Shown here one piece after another: positions 29,903 to 41,275 of a DNA stretch of 64,000 nt; the stretch's first letter is position 1, and each line of letters starts with the position of its first letter. Location of the stretch: the NCBI GenBank assembly GCA_032654565.1, contig JAULAX010000007.1, forward strand, positions 64,001-128,000, given 5' to 3'. Below the pieces are notes generated by a model that saw only the letters and a list, made by a program, of their open reading frames with translations, was not told where the DNA came from and searched no databases. Source of the stretch: Anaeromyxobacteraceae bacterium. Lineage in GTDB: Bacteria; Myxococcota; Myxococcia; Myxococcales; Anaeromyxobacteraceae. The position numbers and the translations under genes were made by a program.

Positions 29903-32086
29903 GTGAGACCTTTCGGGTGCGTGGCCGGCGTGAGCCGCCGGCGTCGTGAGGTTGGGACCCTACTGGCCGGGTCTGACAGCGGCCGGCTCGGTGGCCGACC
30001 CGCTGGGCCGGCGGGCCGCCCGGGCCGGCGGTGGCCGGACCCATGGTGGCCGGCGCCGCCGCCGCCGGGGGCAGCGGCAGCCGGTCGCCAAGCAGCCCCT
30101 GGGCCGCCTGGCGGGCCGGAGGGGGCGCGGCCAGCAGCGCCAGCCGCAGCTCGGTGGGGGCGGCGTCGGCCACCTCGCCGAGCACCGCCGCCAGCGCGCC
30201 GCGGAGCGGGGCGGGGGGCTCGGCGGCGGCCAGCGCCAGCAGCCGGGAGATGGCCTCGCCGTTCCCCTCGCCGGCCAGGTCGCCGAGCCCGGCCACCACC
30301 GGGGGCGGCTCGCCGGCCAGCGCCAGCGCCAGCAGCCGGGCCAGCGGCGGGGGGGCCAGCGGTGCCGCGGTGGCCTCGAGCAGGCCGCGCCGGGCGGCGT
30401 CGGCGTCGGGGTCGGAGCGGTAGAGCGCCTCGGCCACCGCCAGCCGGAGCTGCGGCTCGGTCTCGGCCCGGAGCGCCGTCCGCAGGAAGGAGACGTTGCG
30501 CCGGTCGCGGGCTCGGCCCAGCGCCAGGTAGGAGGAGGCCGCGGCGTCGAGCGCCTCCGGGCTGGCGGTGGAGGCTGCGGTCACGGCCGGTCCCGCCGCC
30601 AGGCCCGGCCCCGCGGCCAGCGCCGCCGCCGCCGGTGCGCCGCGCCGCACCAGCGCCGCCGCCACCGCGTCAATGGCCGGCGTCACGGCCGCCGCCCGGC
30701 CCGGGGCGTCGTTGACCAGGATGGCGAAGGCCAGCCGCTCGCCGTCCACGGTCTCCAGGTAGCCGGACAGCGAGTTGACGCCGTCGAGCGTGCCGGTCTT
30801 GGCCCGCACTCGCCCGGCCGTCTCCGGCCCCTCCAGCCGCCAGCGGATGGTGCCGTCCTTGCCGGAGAGCGGCAGCGAGGCGAGGAACTCGGCCGACACC
30901 GGGAAGCGGCGCCAGAGCTCGGCGAGCAGCCGGGCCGTCTGCCGGGCGCTGAAGCGGTTGGCGTCGTTCAGGCCGGAGCCGTTCTTCATCACGTAGCTGC
31001 CGCGGGGCAGGCCGAACGAGGCCAGGAACCCCTCCACCGCGGCGAGGCCCGAGGCCCAGCTCCCCGGCGGCCCGGCGGTGGCAGCGCCCAGCGCCTTGAG
31101 CAGCTGCTCGGCCATGAAGTTGTTGCTGCTCTTGTTGAGCCGGCGGACCACCTCGGAGAGCGGCTCCGACTCGACCACGTGGAAGAGCCGCGCCCCCTCC
31201 GGCACCGCCCCCAGCCGCACCACCCCGGTCATGCGGACCCCGCGCAGCTCCAGCAGCCGGCGCAGCGTCTGGCCGAGGTACTGGGCCGGGTCGTCGATCT
31301 TGCGCCAGGAGACGGCCGGCCGGCCGCCGGCCGGGAGCCGCCCCTCCACCACGATCCGCTGCCGCCCCCCGGGGCCGCCGGGCGTCGACGAGACGGTGAG
31401 CCGCCGCGCCGCGCGCGCCCCCACGGTGCGGGTCCGGTTGCTGAGCTCGAAGTAGGCCGAGTCCGGCTCCAGCTCGACGCGACCGGCGGCGCCCGGGCGA
31501 TCGGCCGGCGCCACGTGGACCGCCACGCTGTTGAAGTTGAGCGAGAGGGCCCCGGCCGGCGCCAGGTAGCTCTTGTCGCCGCTCTCCTGGTCGAAGCCGG
31601 CGCCGATCCGCTCGGCGTCGAACCAGCCCTCGTCGAGCACCAGGTCGCCGAACCGCTTCAACCCCAGGTGGGCGAGGTCGCCGGCCAGGACCCAGAGCCG
31701 CTCGGTGGTGAGCGTCGGGTCCCCCTTGCCGCGCAGGTAGAGGGCCCGGGCGGCGCCGCCGGAGAGCCCCGCGGCGTCGAGCCAGGCCTCGGTCTCGAAG
31801 CGGTACTCGGGGCCGAGCCGGGCCAGCGCCGCCGCGGCGGTGAAGAGCTTCACGTTGGAGGCGGGGTTGAGCAGGGCGTCGGCGTCGCGGGCGTAGAGCG
31901 TGGCGCCGGTGTCGAGCGAGACCACGCAGATGCCGACCCGGGCGCCGGCCAGGGCGGAGCGCTCCACCAGGGCGTCGACGGCGGCGCGCAGGGCGGCGGG
32001 CGGGGCCCGGCCGGGCCGGCGGCCCCGGCCCCGGCCGGGAGCGCGAGGGCCAGCAGCAGGGCGGTGGAGGCGAGACGGCGGTGCAC
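29903..32086 (-). CDS. dacB: D-Ala-D-Ala carboxypeptidase/endopeptidase PBP4; apparent frameshift near 32005 and no stop before ssb
   Basis: PASNVK (SxxK), SNN (SxN), KTG; the signal peptide ([19 protein letters not shown] 32086) is in a different frame from the body; 3' boundary uncertain. Confidence 0.8.
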
Positions 32087-32175
32087 GGTGGAACCGGTGT
32101 AGCGCCGCTGGCCGTTCGCGGACAAGGGCGCGCCATCGTTGACTCCGACCGGGTCGGCCCGGTACGGTCCGCCAC

Positions 32176-32727
32176 GTGAGACAAGGTCGCACGGAGTTGC
32201 CCGACAAGGAGAAGCTGAAGGCGGCGCTCGAGCGGTTCGAGCGGTTCCTCCACCTCAAGGACCTGCGGCTCACCGACGCCCGCGCCGCCATCGTCGAGGC
32301 GGCCATGGCGCGGACCGGCCACTACCCCATCGACGACCTGATCGCCGACCTGAAGGCGCGCGGCATCCGCGGCTCAAAGGCGACGGTCTACCGGACCCTG
32401 CCGCTGCTGGCCGAGGCCGGCATCCTGCAGCCGGCCATCGTGGTGGCCGACTCCAAGAGCTACGAGACCACCTTCGGGCGCGAGCACCACGACCACCTGC
32501 TCTGCGGCCGCTGCGGCGAGGTCATCGAGTTCGAGTTCGAGGCCTTCGAGATCCTGCAGCGCGAGGTGGCCAGCAAGCACGGCTACCGGCTGGAGTCGCA
32601 CTACCACGAGCTGGTGGGCACCTGCCCCGACTGCCTGGCCGCCGAGCCGCCGGCCGACCCGCCGCCGCGGCCCTCGGTCGAGCCGGGCCCGCCCGAGCCG
32701 GGGCCGGAGCCGGGCGGGGAAGGCTGA
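32176..32727 (+). CDS. Fur family transcriptional regulator
   Basis: [31 protein letters not shown]; start uncertain. Confidence 0.9.
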   Translation: MRQGRTELPDKEKLKAALERFERFLHLKDLRLTDARAAIVEAAMARTGHYPIDDLIADLKARGIRGSKATVYRTLPLLAEAGILQPAIVVADSKSYETTFGREHHDHLLCGRCGEVIEFEFEAFEILQREVASKHGYRLESHYHELVGTCPDCLAAEPPADPPPRPSVEPGPPEPGPEPGGEG

Positions 32728-32736
32728 GCAGCTGCC

Positions 32737-34089
32737 CTAGCGTCGCCCGCTCGGCCGGGTCCGGGCCCGCTCCCTGGCCCGATCCCAGGCGCCGGGCAGC
32801 AGGCTGAACGGCAGCAGCTTGGCCAGCAGCGGCAGCAGCAGCATGCCGCCGGGGGCCGCGAAGATGGCCAGCGCCGGCACCGCCTTGGCCAGATCGATGA
32901 GCTGCTCCTTCACCTGCTTCTTCTCGGCGGCGCTGAGCGTGGCCCCGCCGGCCGCCCGCGCCAGCAGCTGGCCGAGCTCGCCGGTCTCGCGCAGCGCCAT
33001 GGTCAGGGCGTCGTAGTTGGTGGCCACGGCGTCGTTGACCCGCTCCACCATCTGGTCCGAGGTCTGCTCCCAGGCGTCCACCAGGTTGAGCCAGTCGGCG
33101 CCCGGGCCGGCCACCGCCTTGAACCAGGCCAGGTGGTCGTCGTGCTGGGCCCCGGCCTCCACCTGCGCCGCCACCAGCGCCTGGGCGTCGAGCCCGGCCG
33201 CGGCGCGGAAGGCCTCGATGAACTCGGCCGCCGGCTCGGCGGGCAGGCCGGCGCGCAGCTGGGCGAGCAGCAGCTGCTCGAGCAGGAAGGCGCGCATGGG
33301 CGGCGGGGTGGCCAGGGCCAGGGCGCCGGCGGTGCGGGGGGCGGCCACGGCGCGGCGGGCGTCGCGCAGCCGCTGGCCGGGCAGGCCGAGCCGGCCCAGC
33401 TGGCGGCGGCGCAGCACCGCCATCTGCGCGCCCGGCGGCGGGGCGGCGGCCAGCAGCAGGCTGGCCAGCGCCTCGGCCAGCAGGGCCCGCTCCGCCTCGG
33501 CGAAGGCCAGGTGGCGCTCCAGCGCCTCCACCTCGAGCCGCCCGGTCCGGTGGAGCCCCATGGCGACGCGGGCCAGCTGGCGGCGGAACGAGGCCCGGGC
33601 GCCGGGGTAGAGCGGAAGCCCGTCGATGGGATCGCCGGGCGGGAAGAAGCGGGTCTTGAGGGCCTGGCCGGCGGCGCGCAGCGCCACCTCGATCTCCTGC
33701 GGCGCGGCCCGCGAGCCGCGCGCGGCGTCCACCGCCAGCGCCTGCCCGTGCTGGCCGAGCGCCCCGCACAGCCCGGCGGCCAGCTCGAAGCGCCCGCGGT
33801 GGCGCAGCCAGGGCTCGCCGGCCAGGCGGGCCAGGTCGAGCACCAGGTCGAGGTGGCCGCGCACCTCCTCCAGGAAGGCGGCCTCCGGTGAGTCGTCGCC
33901 CGGGGCCAGCTTGCGGTGGCGCAGCGAGCGGGCCACCAGCACCCGGGCCCCCGGGGCCAGGTCCATGCCGCTCGCCGCCCGCAGCAGCTCCGACCCCAGC
34001 GAGGCCTGCTCCACCTCCGGGTCGCGCCGGTCCAGCTCGTCGTCGACGAGGGCGCTGAGCCAGTCCTTGCTGGAGAGGTCCACGGGCAC
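32737..34089 (-). CDS. Hypothetical protein with C-terminal LETM1-like domain
   Basis: C-terminal ETGELGQLL...EKKQVKEQLIDLAKAVPALAIFAAPGG...LLP motif. Confidence 0.6.
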   Translation of the reverse strand: MPVDLSSKDWLSALVDDELDRRDPEVEQASLGSELLRAASGMDLAPGARVLVARSLRHRKLAPGDDSPEAAFLEEVRGHLDLVLDLARLAGEPWLRHRGRFELAAGLCGALGQHGQALAVDAARGSRAAPQEIEVALRAAGQALKTRFFPPGDPIDGLPLYPGARASFRRQLARVAMGLHRTGRLEVEALERHLAFAEAERALLAEALASLLLAAAPPPGAQMAVLRRRQLGRLGLPGQRLRDARRAVAAPRTAGALALATPPPMRAFLLEQLLLAQLRAGLPAEPAAEFIEAFRAAAGLDAQALVAAQVEAGAQHDDHLAWFKAVAGPGADWLNLVDAWEQTSDQMVERVNDAVATNYDALTMALRETGELGQLLARAAGGATLSAAEKKQVKEQLIDLAKAVPALAIFAAPGGMLLLPLLAKLLPFSLLPGAWDRARERARTRPSGRR

Positions 34090-34121
34090 GGAGACCGGGA
34101 GTCTAGAGTGAGGCGGCGCCG

Positions 34122-34157
34122 AAAAGAAGCAGGGCCGACCCCTCTCGGAGCCGGCCC
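34122..34157 (-). terminator. Intrinsic terminator after recA
   Basis: Minus strand GGGCCGGCTCC-GAGA-GGGGTCGGCCC then TGCTTCTTTT. Confidence 0.7.
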
Positions 34158-34207
34158 CTCGTGCCTTGCTCGCGCCCGCGGTCGCGGTGCGCAGTCCTGT
34201 GGGGGCG

Positions 34208-35293
<1,086 letters not shown>

Positions 35294-35378
35294 TTCACTT
35301 CTCCTTGGAGGGGGCGCTGTCCGCGTCCCCGTCGTTCGTCGTGTGGGAGGGCTTGTAGCGGCCCCCTCTGACATCGCC

Positions 35379-35417
35379 ACTGAACAGATGGATACTGAAC
35401 GGATGAGCGAGAGTCAA
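35379..35417 (-). promoter_or_regulatory. recA promoter with a GTTCAG-containing direct repeat (candidate LexA operator)
   Basis: ACTGAACAGATG (35379-35390) and ACTGAACGGATG (35394-35405), 11/12 identical; TTGACT -35 on the minus strand at 35412-35417. Confidence 0.55.
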
Positions 35418-35594
35418 GGAAATGAGGGCAACTGGCGCGTCCCGCAGGGCGCGCCGCCCGTGGTGTCCCGCCCAAAGCGACCTTGCGTACGCGTTGCGCG
35501 ACCCGCCGTGGCGCCAGCCCGGCCCGCGCGCGCGGTCCACCTGGACCTCCAGGCCACGTCACCCGGGACCGCGGGAACGCGCTAGGCTTGCCGC

Positions 35595-36119
35595 GTGACG
35601 GCGCCTCCCATCGAGCACGCGCATCCCATCGAGCAGGTGCTGTCGGCGCTCAACGCCGCAGGCGTGCGCTACCTCGTGGCCGGCGGTGTCGCCGTCGTCC
35701 TCCACGGACACCTTCGCACCACCGCCGACCTCGACCTGGTGGTCTCGCTCGAGCCGGCCAACGCCCGGCGCGCCATCGAGGCGCTCACCGGGCTCGGCTA
35801 TCGCCCCCGGGCGCCGGTGGCGGCGGAGCTCTTCGCCGACGCCACCGAGCGCGCCAGCTGGATCGCCGAGAAGGGGCTCACCGTCTTCTCCCTCTGGAGC
35901 GATCGCCTGCCTTCGCTGGAGGTCGACCTCTTCGTCCGCGAGCCGTTCGACTTCGAGCAGGCCTGGGCGCGCCGGGCGACCGTGTCGCTCGACACCACCA
36001 CGGCGACGGTGGTGGCGCTCCAGGACCTGCTGGCCCTGAAGCGCCAGGCGCGGCGGCCGCAGGACCTCGCCGACATCGAGGCGCTGGAAGTCATCGCCTC
36101 GGCGGGGCGGGCGCCTTGA
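35595..36119 (+). CDS. Nucleotidyltransferase-fold protein (MNT-like)
   Basis: YLVAGGVAVVLHG, RTTADLDL, VDL, LKRQARRPQDLADI. Confidence 0.8.
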   Translation: MTAPPIEHAHPIEQVLSALNAAGVRYLVAGGVAVVLHGHLRTTADLDLVVSLEPANARRAIEALTGLGYRPRAPVAAELFADATERASWIAEKGLTVFSLWSDRLPSLEVDLFVREPFDFEQAWARRATVSLDTTTATVVALQDLLALKRQARRPQDLADIEALEVIASAGRAP

Positions 36120-36328
36120 CCGGGGAGCGCGACGAGGCGGCCGGCGGGTCGCGAGGCTGGGACGAGCACCGCCGCGCCCAGGCCCGGGCGCTCGGGGCCC
36201 GGCTCACGCCCGCCGAGCGGCTCCGCTGGCTGGAGGAGACCATGGCGGCGATGCGCCGGTGGGTGGGGCGCGCCGCGGCCCCGGTTCAGGGCCCTCCCTC
36301 GCCGCCGGGCCGGCCACCGGACCGGTAG
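36116..36328 (+). CDS. Small hypothetical protein coupled to the nucleotidyltransferase
   Basis: TTG start overlaps the upstream TGA; LTPAERLRWLEE motif. Confidence 0.55.
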   Translation: MTGERDEAAGGSRGWDEHRRAQARALGARLTPAERLRWLEETMAAMRRWVGRAAAPVQGPPSPPGRPPDR

Positions 36329-36395
36329 CCGCTCGCGACGCCCGCCGGCGCATCGTCCCTTGCCCTGCTCCCTCGCCGCGGTCCAAGCTCCGGCC

Positions 36396-37427
36396 ATGGC
36401 CGTGCGCAAGGTAGGGACCAGCCGCGTCATCCGGGAGATCGGCCGCGGCGGGATGAGCGTCGTCTACGAGGCCTACCAGGAGGCGCTCGACCGCAAGGTG
36501 GCGGTCAAGGCCCTCGACGCCGGCTCGGCTCGCTCCGAGGAGCTGGCCGAGCGCTTCCGGCGCGAGGGGCGCGCCTACGCCCAGATCCACCACGCCGGCA
36601 TCATCGCCATCCACGACTTCGTCGAGAAGGACGACGCGCTCTACCTGATCACCGAGTTCGTCGACGGCGAGGACCTCTGCCGGCTGCTGGCCCGCGGGCG
36701 GCTTCCCCCCGACTGCGTCGCCGCGGTCGGGGCCGCGGTGGCCGACGCGCTGGAGTGCATCCACGCCCACGCGCTGCTCCACCGTGACCTGAAGCCGGGC
36801 AATGTCATGATCTCCCGCCAGGGCGCGGTCAAGGTGATGGACTTCGGCATCGTCAAGGACTCCATGGCCTCCGACCTGACCCGGACCGGCACCGTGATCG
36901 GCACGCCCTACTACATCGCCCCCGAGGTGCTGGGCGGCGACGGCGAGGACGAGCGCAGCGACCTCTGGTCGCTGGGGGTCACGCTCTACGAGCTGGCCAC
37001 CGGCCAGCGCCCCTTCGACGGCGCCGACTACCAGGCGCTCTTCGCCGCCGTGCGCAAGGGCCGGCTCCGACCGGTCCGCTCCCTGGCCCCGGCCGTTCCC
37101 CGCCGGCTGGCCAGGGCCATCGAGCGCTGCCTGGAGCGGCGCCCCGACCGCCGCTGGGAGACCGCGGCCATGCTGGCCCTGGAGCTGAAGGCCATCGAGG
37201 GGCGCCTGCTCGGCGAGCTGCGGCCGGAGCGGCGCCTGACCACGCTGCTCGAGGAGCGGGCGCTGGCGGCGGCCTCCTCGAAGGGCACCATGCAGCTCGG
37301 CACCGGCGACCTGGTGCCCTTCAGCAGCGCCGAGATCGCCGCGGTCCGGAGCCCCTGGCGCGGCCCGCTCCTGGTGGCGCTCCTGGCGCTGGTGGCCGGC
37401 GCCTGGCTCTGGCTGCGGCGGTCGTGA
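36396..37427 (+). CDS. Hanks-type Ser/Thr protein kinase with C-terminal TM
   Basis: IGRGGMSVVY, VAVK, HRDLKPGN, DFG, GTPYYIAPE, SDLWSLG. Confidence 0.95.
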   Translation: MAVRKVGTSRVIREIGRGGMSVVYEAYQEALDRKVAVKALDAGSARSEELAERFRREGRAYAQIHHAGIIAIHDFVEKDDALYLITEFVDGEDLCRLLARGRLPPDCVAAVGAAVADALECIHAHALLHRDLKPGNVMISRQGAVKVMDFGIVKDSMASDLTRTGTVIGTPYYIAPEVLGGDGEDERSDLWSLGVTLYELATGQRPFDGADYQALFAAVRKGRLRPVRSLAPAVPRRLARAIERCLERRPDRRWETAAMLALELKAIEGRLLGELRPERRLTTLLEERALAAASSKGTMQLGTGDLVPFSSAEIAAVRSPWRGPLLVALLALVAGAWLWLRRS

Positions 37428-37504
37428 CCTCGGCGCACCGGGCGGTCGACGGCCCGGCGGGAACGCCGGGGGTCGACGCCGCCCAAGGGGAGTAGGTTCC
37501 CCGC

Positions 37505-39013
37505 ATGTCCGCTCCGCCCGCCAGGGCCCCTGGCGATACCGACACCGATCTCCCCGCGCCGGCCTGGCCGCGCCGCCGGGTGGCGGCGGTGGCGACGCTG
37601 CTCGCGCTCGGCGCGGCGCTGGTCCGCTGGCGGGCGCGCCCGGGGCGGCCCATGTGGGGCGACGAGGCCTTCACGCTGGCGCTGGTCCGCTACCCCGCCG
37701 ACGAGCTCCGCGAGTTCCTCACCCACCGCGAGGTGAACGGCGGCATCTACACGCTCTTGCTGCGCGGGCTGCTGGCCGTCACCGACGGGCTCGGCGTCGA
37801 GCCGCTGGCGGCGGCGCGCGGCCTCTCGGCCTGCTTCGGCGTCGCCTCGGTCCCGGCCCTCTACCTGCTGGCCCGCCGCCTGGCCGGCGAGCGGGTGGCG
37901 CTGCTGGCCGCCACCTTCCTGACGGTCAACCAGTTCCACGTCTCCTACAGCCTGGAGGGGCGCGCCTACACGCTGGCGGTGCTGCTGGTGATCCTCTCCT
38001 CGTCGGCGCTGGTCACGCTGCTCGACGAGCCGCGCTGGCGGCGTGCGATCGCCTTCGGCCTGCTGGCCGGCCTGGCCACCTGGGCCCACCTCTTCGCCGC
38101 GCTGGCGCTGGCGGGGCAGGGGCTGGCGGCGCTGGTCCACCCCGGCCTCCGCGTCGTCCGCGGCCGGCCGCTGGCGGGGCCGGCCACGGCGCTGGCCGGG
38201 CTGGCGCTAGGCGGCACGCTCTCGCTCCTCGTCATGGCCCGCAGCGCCTGGGGCGACGCCGGCCAGGTGGTCTGGGTCGAGGCGCTCGACTGGACCCAGT
38301 TCGTCAACCTGCTGGTGAAGCTGAGCGGCGGCGTCAGGCTGCTCCTGCTCTTCTGGTCGATGGGGCTGGGCGTCGCCCTGCTGGCGGCGCGTCGGGGCGG
38401 GCGGGACGGCTTCCACCTGGCGCTGGCCGCCGCCCTGGCGCTGGCGCCGGTGCTGCTGGCCCTGCTGGCCTCCACGCTGAAGCCGCTGCTGGTGCCGCGC
38501 TACCTGCTGGTGGCGCTGCCCGGCGTCCTGCTGCTGGCGGCGCTGGGCGTGGCCTCGCTGCGCCGCCGGGCGCTGGTGGTGGGGGCGGCGCTGCTGCTCG
38601 TCGGGCTCGGGCTGCGCGAGGTGCAGTCGGATCGCTACGCCGATCCGCTCTGGCAGCCCATCGACACCGTGGCGGCGCGGGTGGTGGCGCTGGCGCGCCC
38701 CGGCGACGTGCTGGTGGTGAGCCACCCGGCCATGGCCCTCTCGCTCGATCGCGAGCTGCGGCGGCTGGGGCAGGGGCCCGGGCCGGAGCGGGTCTCGCCG
38801 GCGGCCGACGACCTGCTCGACCTGCACTTCGAGCGGCGCCCGCCGCTCGCCGAGCGGGTGCGCGGCCACGCCGGCGTCCTCTTCCTGCTCTTCGCCGAGC
38901 AGCCGCAGTCGGAGCGGCTCCGCGAGGCGCTGGCGGCCGAGGGGGCCGCGGTGACGGCCGAGGAGGAGTACGCGGGGGTCCGGCTGCTGCGGCTGGAGCG
39001 GCCGGTGCGGTGA
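37505..39013 (+). CDS. GT-C (family 39/ArnT-like) membrane glycosyltransferase
   Basis: WGDEAFT, YSLEGRAY, PRYLL; many TM helices. Confidence 0.75.
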   Translation: MSAPPARAPGDTDTDLPAPAWPRRRVAAVATLLALGAALVRWRARPGRPMWGDEAFTLALVRYPADELREFLTHREVNGGIYTLLLRGLLAVTDGLGVEPLAAARGLSACFGVASVPALYLLARRLAGERVALLAATFLTVNQFHVSYSLEGRAYTLAVLLVILSSSALVTLLDEPRWRRAIAFGLLAGLATWAHLFAALALAGQGLAALVHPGLRVVRGRPLAGPATALAGLALGGTLSLLVMARSAWGDAGQVVWVEALDWTQFVNLLVKLSGGVRLLLLFWSMGLGVALLAARRGGRDGFHLALAAALALAPVLLALLASTLKPLLVPRYLLVALPGVLLLAALGVASLRRRALVVGAALLLVGLGLREVQSDRYADPLWQPIDTVAARVVALARPGDVLVVSHPAMALSLDRELRRLGQGPGPERVSPAADDLLDLHFERRPPLAERVRGHAGVLFLLFAEQPQSERLREALAAEGAAVTAEEEYAGVRLLRLERPVR

Positions 39014-39237
39014 GCGGCCGACGGGCCGGCCTCCCCTCGAGGGGCGTCGAGCAGCGCCGCTGTCGTTCTCGAACGTTCGTCGCGCAGGAATGAAGGCCCG
39101 GCGGGGTACCGCGAGCCGCGGCGCGCTCAATGGGGACGGCCCTTCGGCGCGGGGCCGGCGGTGGCCGGCAGCTTGCAATGGTGAGGTGGGCTGGAGCGGC
39201 GGCGACCTGCCTGCGACCCGGCACCGGAGGCGTCGGC

Positions 39238-39639
39238 ATGGTCGGATTCGTGCAGGACATGGAGGGGCTGGCGGGCCGGAGCGAGGAGTTCCGGCGCATC
39301 CTCTGCTCGGCGCGGTGCGGCCAGCTGGTGCTCATGGCGGTCCCGCCCCGGGGAGAGACCGGGGCGAGGGTCCACGACTTCGACCACTTCTTCCGCGTCG
39401 AGTCGGGGGTCGGCGAGGCGGTGATCGACGGGGTGAGGACGGCGATCCGGGGGGGCTTCGCCATCCTGGTCCCGGCCGGCTCGACCCACAACCTCATCAA
39501 CACCGGCGAGGTGCCGCTCACCCTCTACGCGCTCGACGCGCCGCCGGGCCACCGCGACAACCCCGGCCACCAGCCCCCGGCTCCGGCCGAGGCGGACCAC
39601 GAGCACTTCGACCACTTCGAGGAAGAGACCGTCGGGTAG
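39238..39639 (+). CDS. Cupin domain protein
   Basis: QLVLM, VHDFDHFFRVESG, VPAGSTHNLINTG. Confidence 0.85.
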   Translation: MVGFVQDMEGLAGRSEEFRRILCSARCGQLVLMAVPPRGETGARVHDFDHFFRVESGVGEAVIDGVRTAIRGGFAILVPAGSTHNLINTGEVPLTLYALDAPPGHRDNPGHQPPAPAEADHEHFDHFEEETVG

Positions 39640-39791
39640 GTCGCCCTCCTCCGCGCCGCACCGCCCCAAGCTGCGCCGCACCGCCAGGCGCTGCGCCGCG
39701 CCGGCGCGGTGACGCGGAGCCAGGCCGGCGCCGTGCGTGGGCGCCGTGCCGGTGCCTCGCGGTGTCCGACCCCGCGCTACACTGTGGTCAC

Positions 39792-41213
39792 ATGGACCTC
39801 CCCACCCTCATCCTCCTCGTCGCCATCGCGGCGGCCACGGCGGCCCTCCTCCTCCTCGTCCCCGCCCGCGTCGCCGCCCAGCTGCGCGCCGCGCTGCTGG
39901 AGCGGCTCGACGCCCTCGACCGGAACGTCGAGAAGAGCGAGCGCGGCCTGCGTGAGGAGCTGGGGCGCGGGCGCGGCGAGGCGGCCACCGAGGCGCAGCG
40001 GCAGCGCGAGGCCACCGCGGCCGACGCCGGCCGGCAGCGCGAGCTGACCGCGGCGGAGGCCAAGCGGCAGCGCGACGAGGTGCAGGCCCAGCTGGTGGAG
40101 ATGTCCCGGCTGCAGCGCGAGGCGCTGGAGGGGTTCGGCGCCCGGCTGCAGCAGCTCACCGACTCCAGCGCCGCGCGGCAGGAGGAGCTGCGCAAGACCT
40201 TGCAGCTGCGGCTCGACGCGGTCCGCGAGGCGGTCGAGCTGCGCCTGGCCGGCCTCCAGAAGGAGAACTCGGAGAAGCTGGAGCAGATGCGCCAGACCGT
40301 CGACGAGAAGCTGCAGGGGACGCTGGAGAAGCGGCTGGGCGAGTCCTTCAAGCTGGTGCAGGGGCAGCTCGAGGCGGTGCAGCGCGGGCTCGGCGAGATG
40401 CAGGCCCTGGCCACCGGCGTCGGCGATCTCAAGAAGGTGCTCACCAACGTCAAGACCCGCGGCACCTGGGGCGAGGTGCAGCTGGGCGCGCTGCTGGAGC
40501 AGATGCTGGTGCCGAGCCAGTACGCCGCCAACGTGGCCACCACGCCCGGCTCGGGCGACCGGGTCGAGTACGTCATCCGGCTCCCCGGCCAGGGGCAGGG
40601 GGAGGGCGAGGTGCTGCTCCCCATCGACGCCAAGTTCCCCACCGAGGACTACCAGCGGCTGGTGGAGGCCTCCGAGAAGGGGGACGCCGCCGGGGTGGAG
40701 CTGGCCGGCAAGGCGCTGGAGACGCGCATCAAGAACTGCGCGAAGTACATCCGCGACAAGTACGTCCACCCGCCGCAGACCACCGACTTCGGCATCCTCT
40801 TCCTCCCCACCGAGGGGCTCTACGCCGAGGTGGTGCGCCGCCCGGGGCTGGCCGACGGGCTGCAGCGCGATCTCCGGGTCACCGTGGCCGGTCCGTCCAC
40901 GCTCACCGCGCTCCTCTCCAGCCTGCAGATGGGCTTCCGCACCCTGGCCATCCAGCAGCGCTCCTCCGAGGTCTGGCAGGTGCTCGGCGCGGTCAAGACC
41001 GAGTTCGGCAAGTTCGGCGAGGTGATCCAGAAGGTGGAGAAGAAGCTGGAGGAGGCCACAAGCACCCTCTCCGCCGTCGGCGTCCGCAGCCGGGCCATCG
41101 AGCGGAAGCTGCGCGGCGTGGAGGAGCTGCCGGCGGGCGACGCGGCCCGCCTGCTGCCCAGCCTGCCGGCCGACGAGGCCGACGGAGAGCCCGAGGAGCC
41201 GGGGCCGGGGTAG
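39792..41213 (+). CDS. rmuC: DNA recombination protein RmuC
   Basis: KTRGTWGEVQL, PIDAKFP, FLPTEGLYAE, GFRTLAIQQRSSEVW. Confidence 0.93.
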   Translation: MDLPTLILLVAIAAATAALLLLVPARVAAQLRAALLERLDALDRNVEKSERGLREELGRGRGEAATEAQRQREATAADAGRQRELTAAEAKRQRDEVQAQLVEMSRLQREALEGFGARLQQLTDSSAARQEELRKTLQLRLDAVREAVELRLAGLQKENSEKLEQMRQTVDEKLQGTLEKRLGESFKLVQGQLEAVQRGLGEMQALATGVGDLKKVLTNVKTRGTWGEVQLGALLEQMLVPSQYAANVATTPGSGDRVEYVIRLPGQGQGEGEVLLPIDAKFPTEDYQRLVEASEKGDAAGVELAGKALETRIKNCAKYIRDKYVHPPQTTDFGILFLPTEGLYAEVVRRPGLADGLQRDLRVTVAGPSTLTALLSSLQMGFRTLAIQQRSSEVWQVLGAVKTEFGKFGEVIQKVEKKLEEATSTLSAVGVRSRAIERKLRGVEELPAGDAARLLPSLPADEADGEPEEPGPG

Positions 41214-41275
41214 GGGCCGGGGACGGGAACGGGGACGTCGTGGCGCGCCCGGGCGCCCCCGATTAACCTCCCGCC

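Noticed and set aside
29427..32306. 959-aa PBP4-SSB fusion as a real protein
   Set aside because: Incompatible localisation; ssb has its own RBS and canonical N-terminus, so it was treated as two genes with a probable sequence anomaly.
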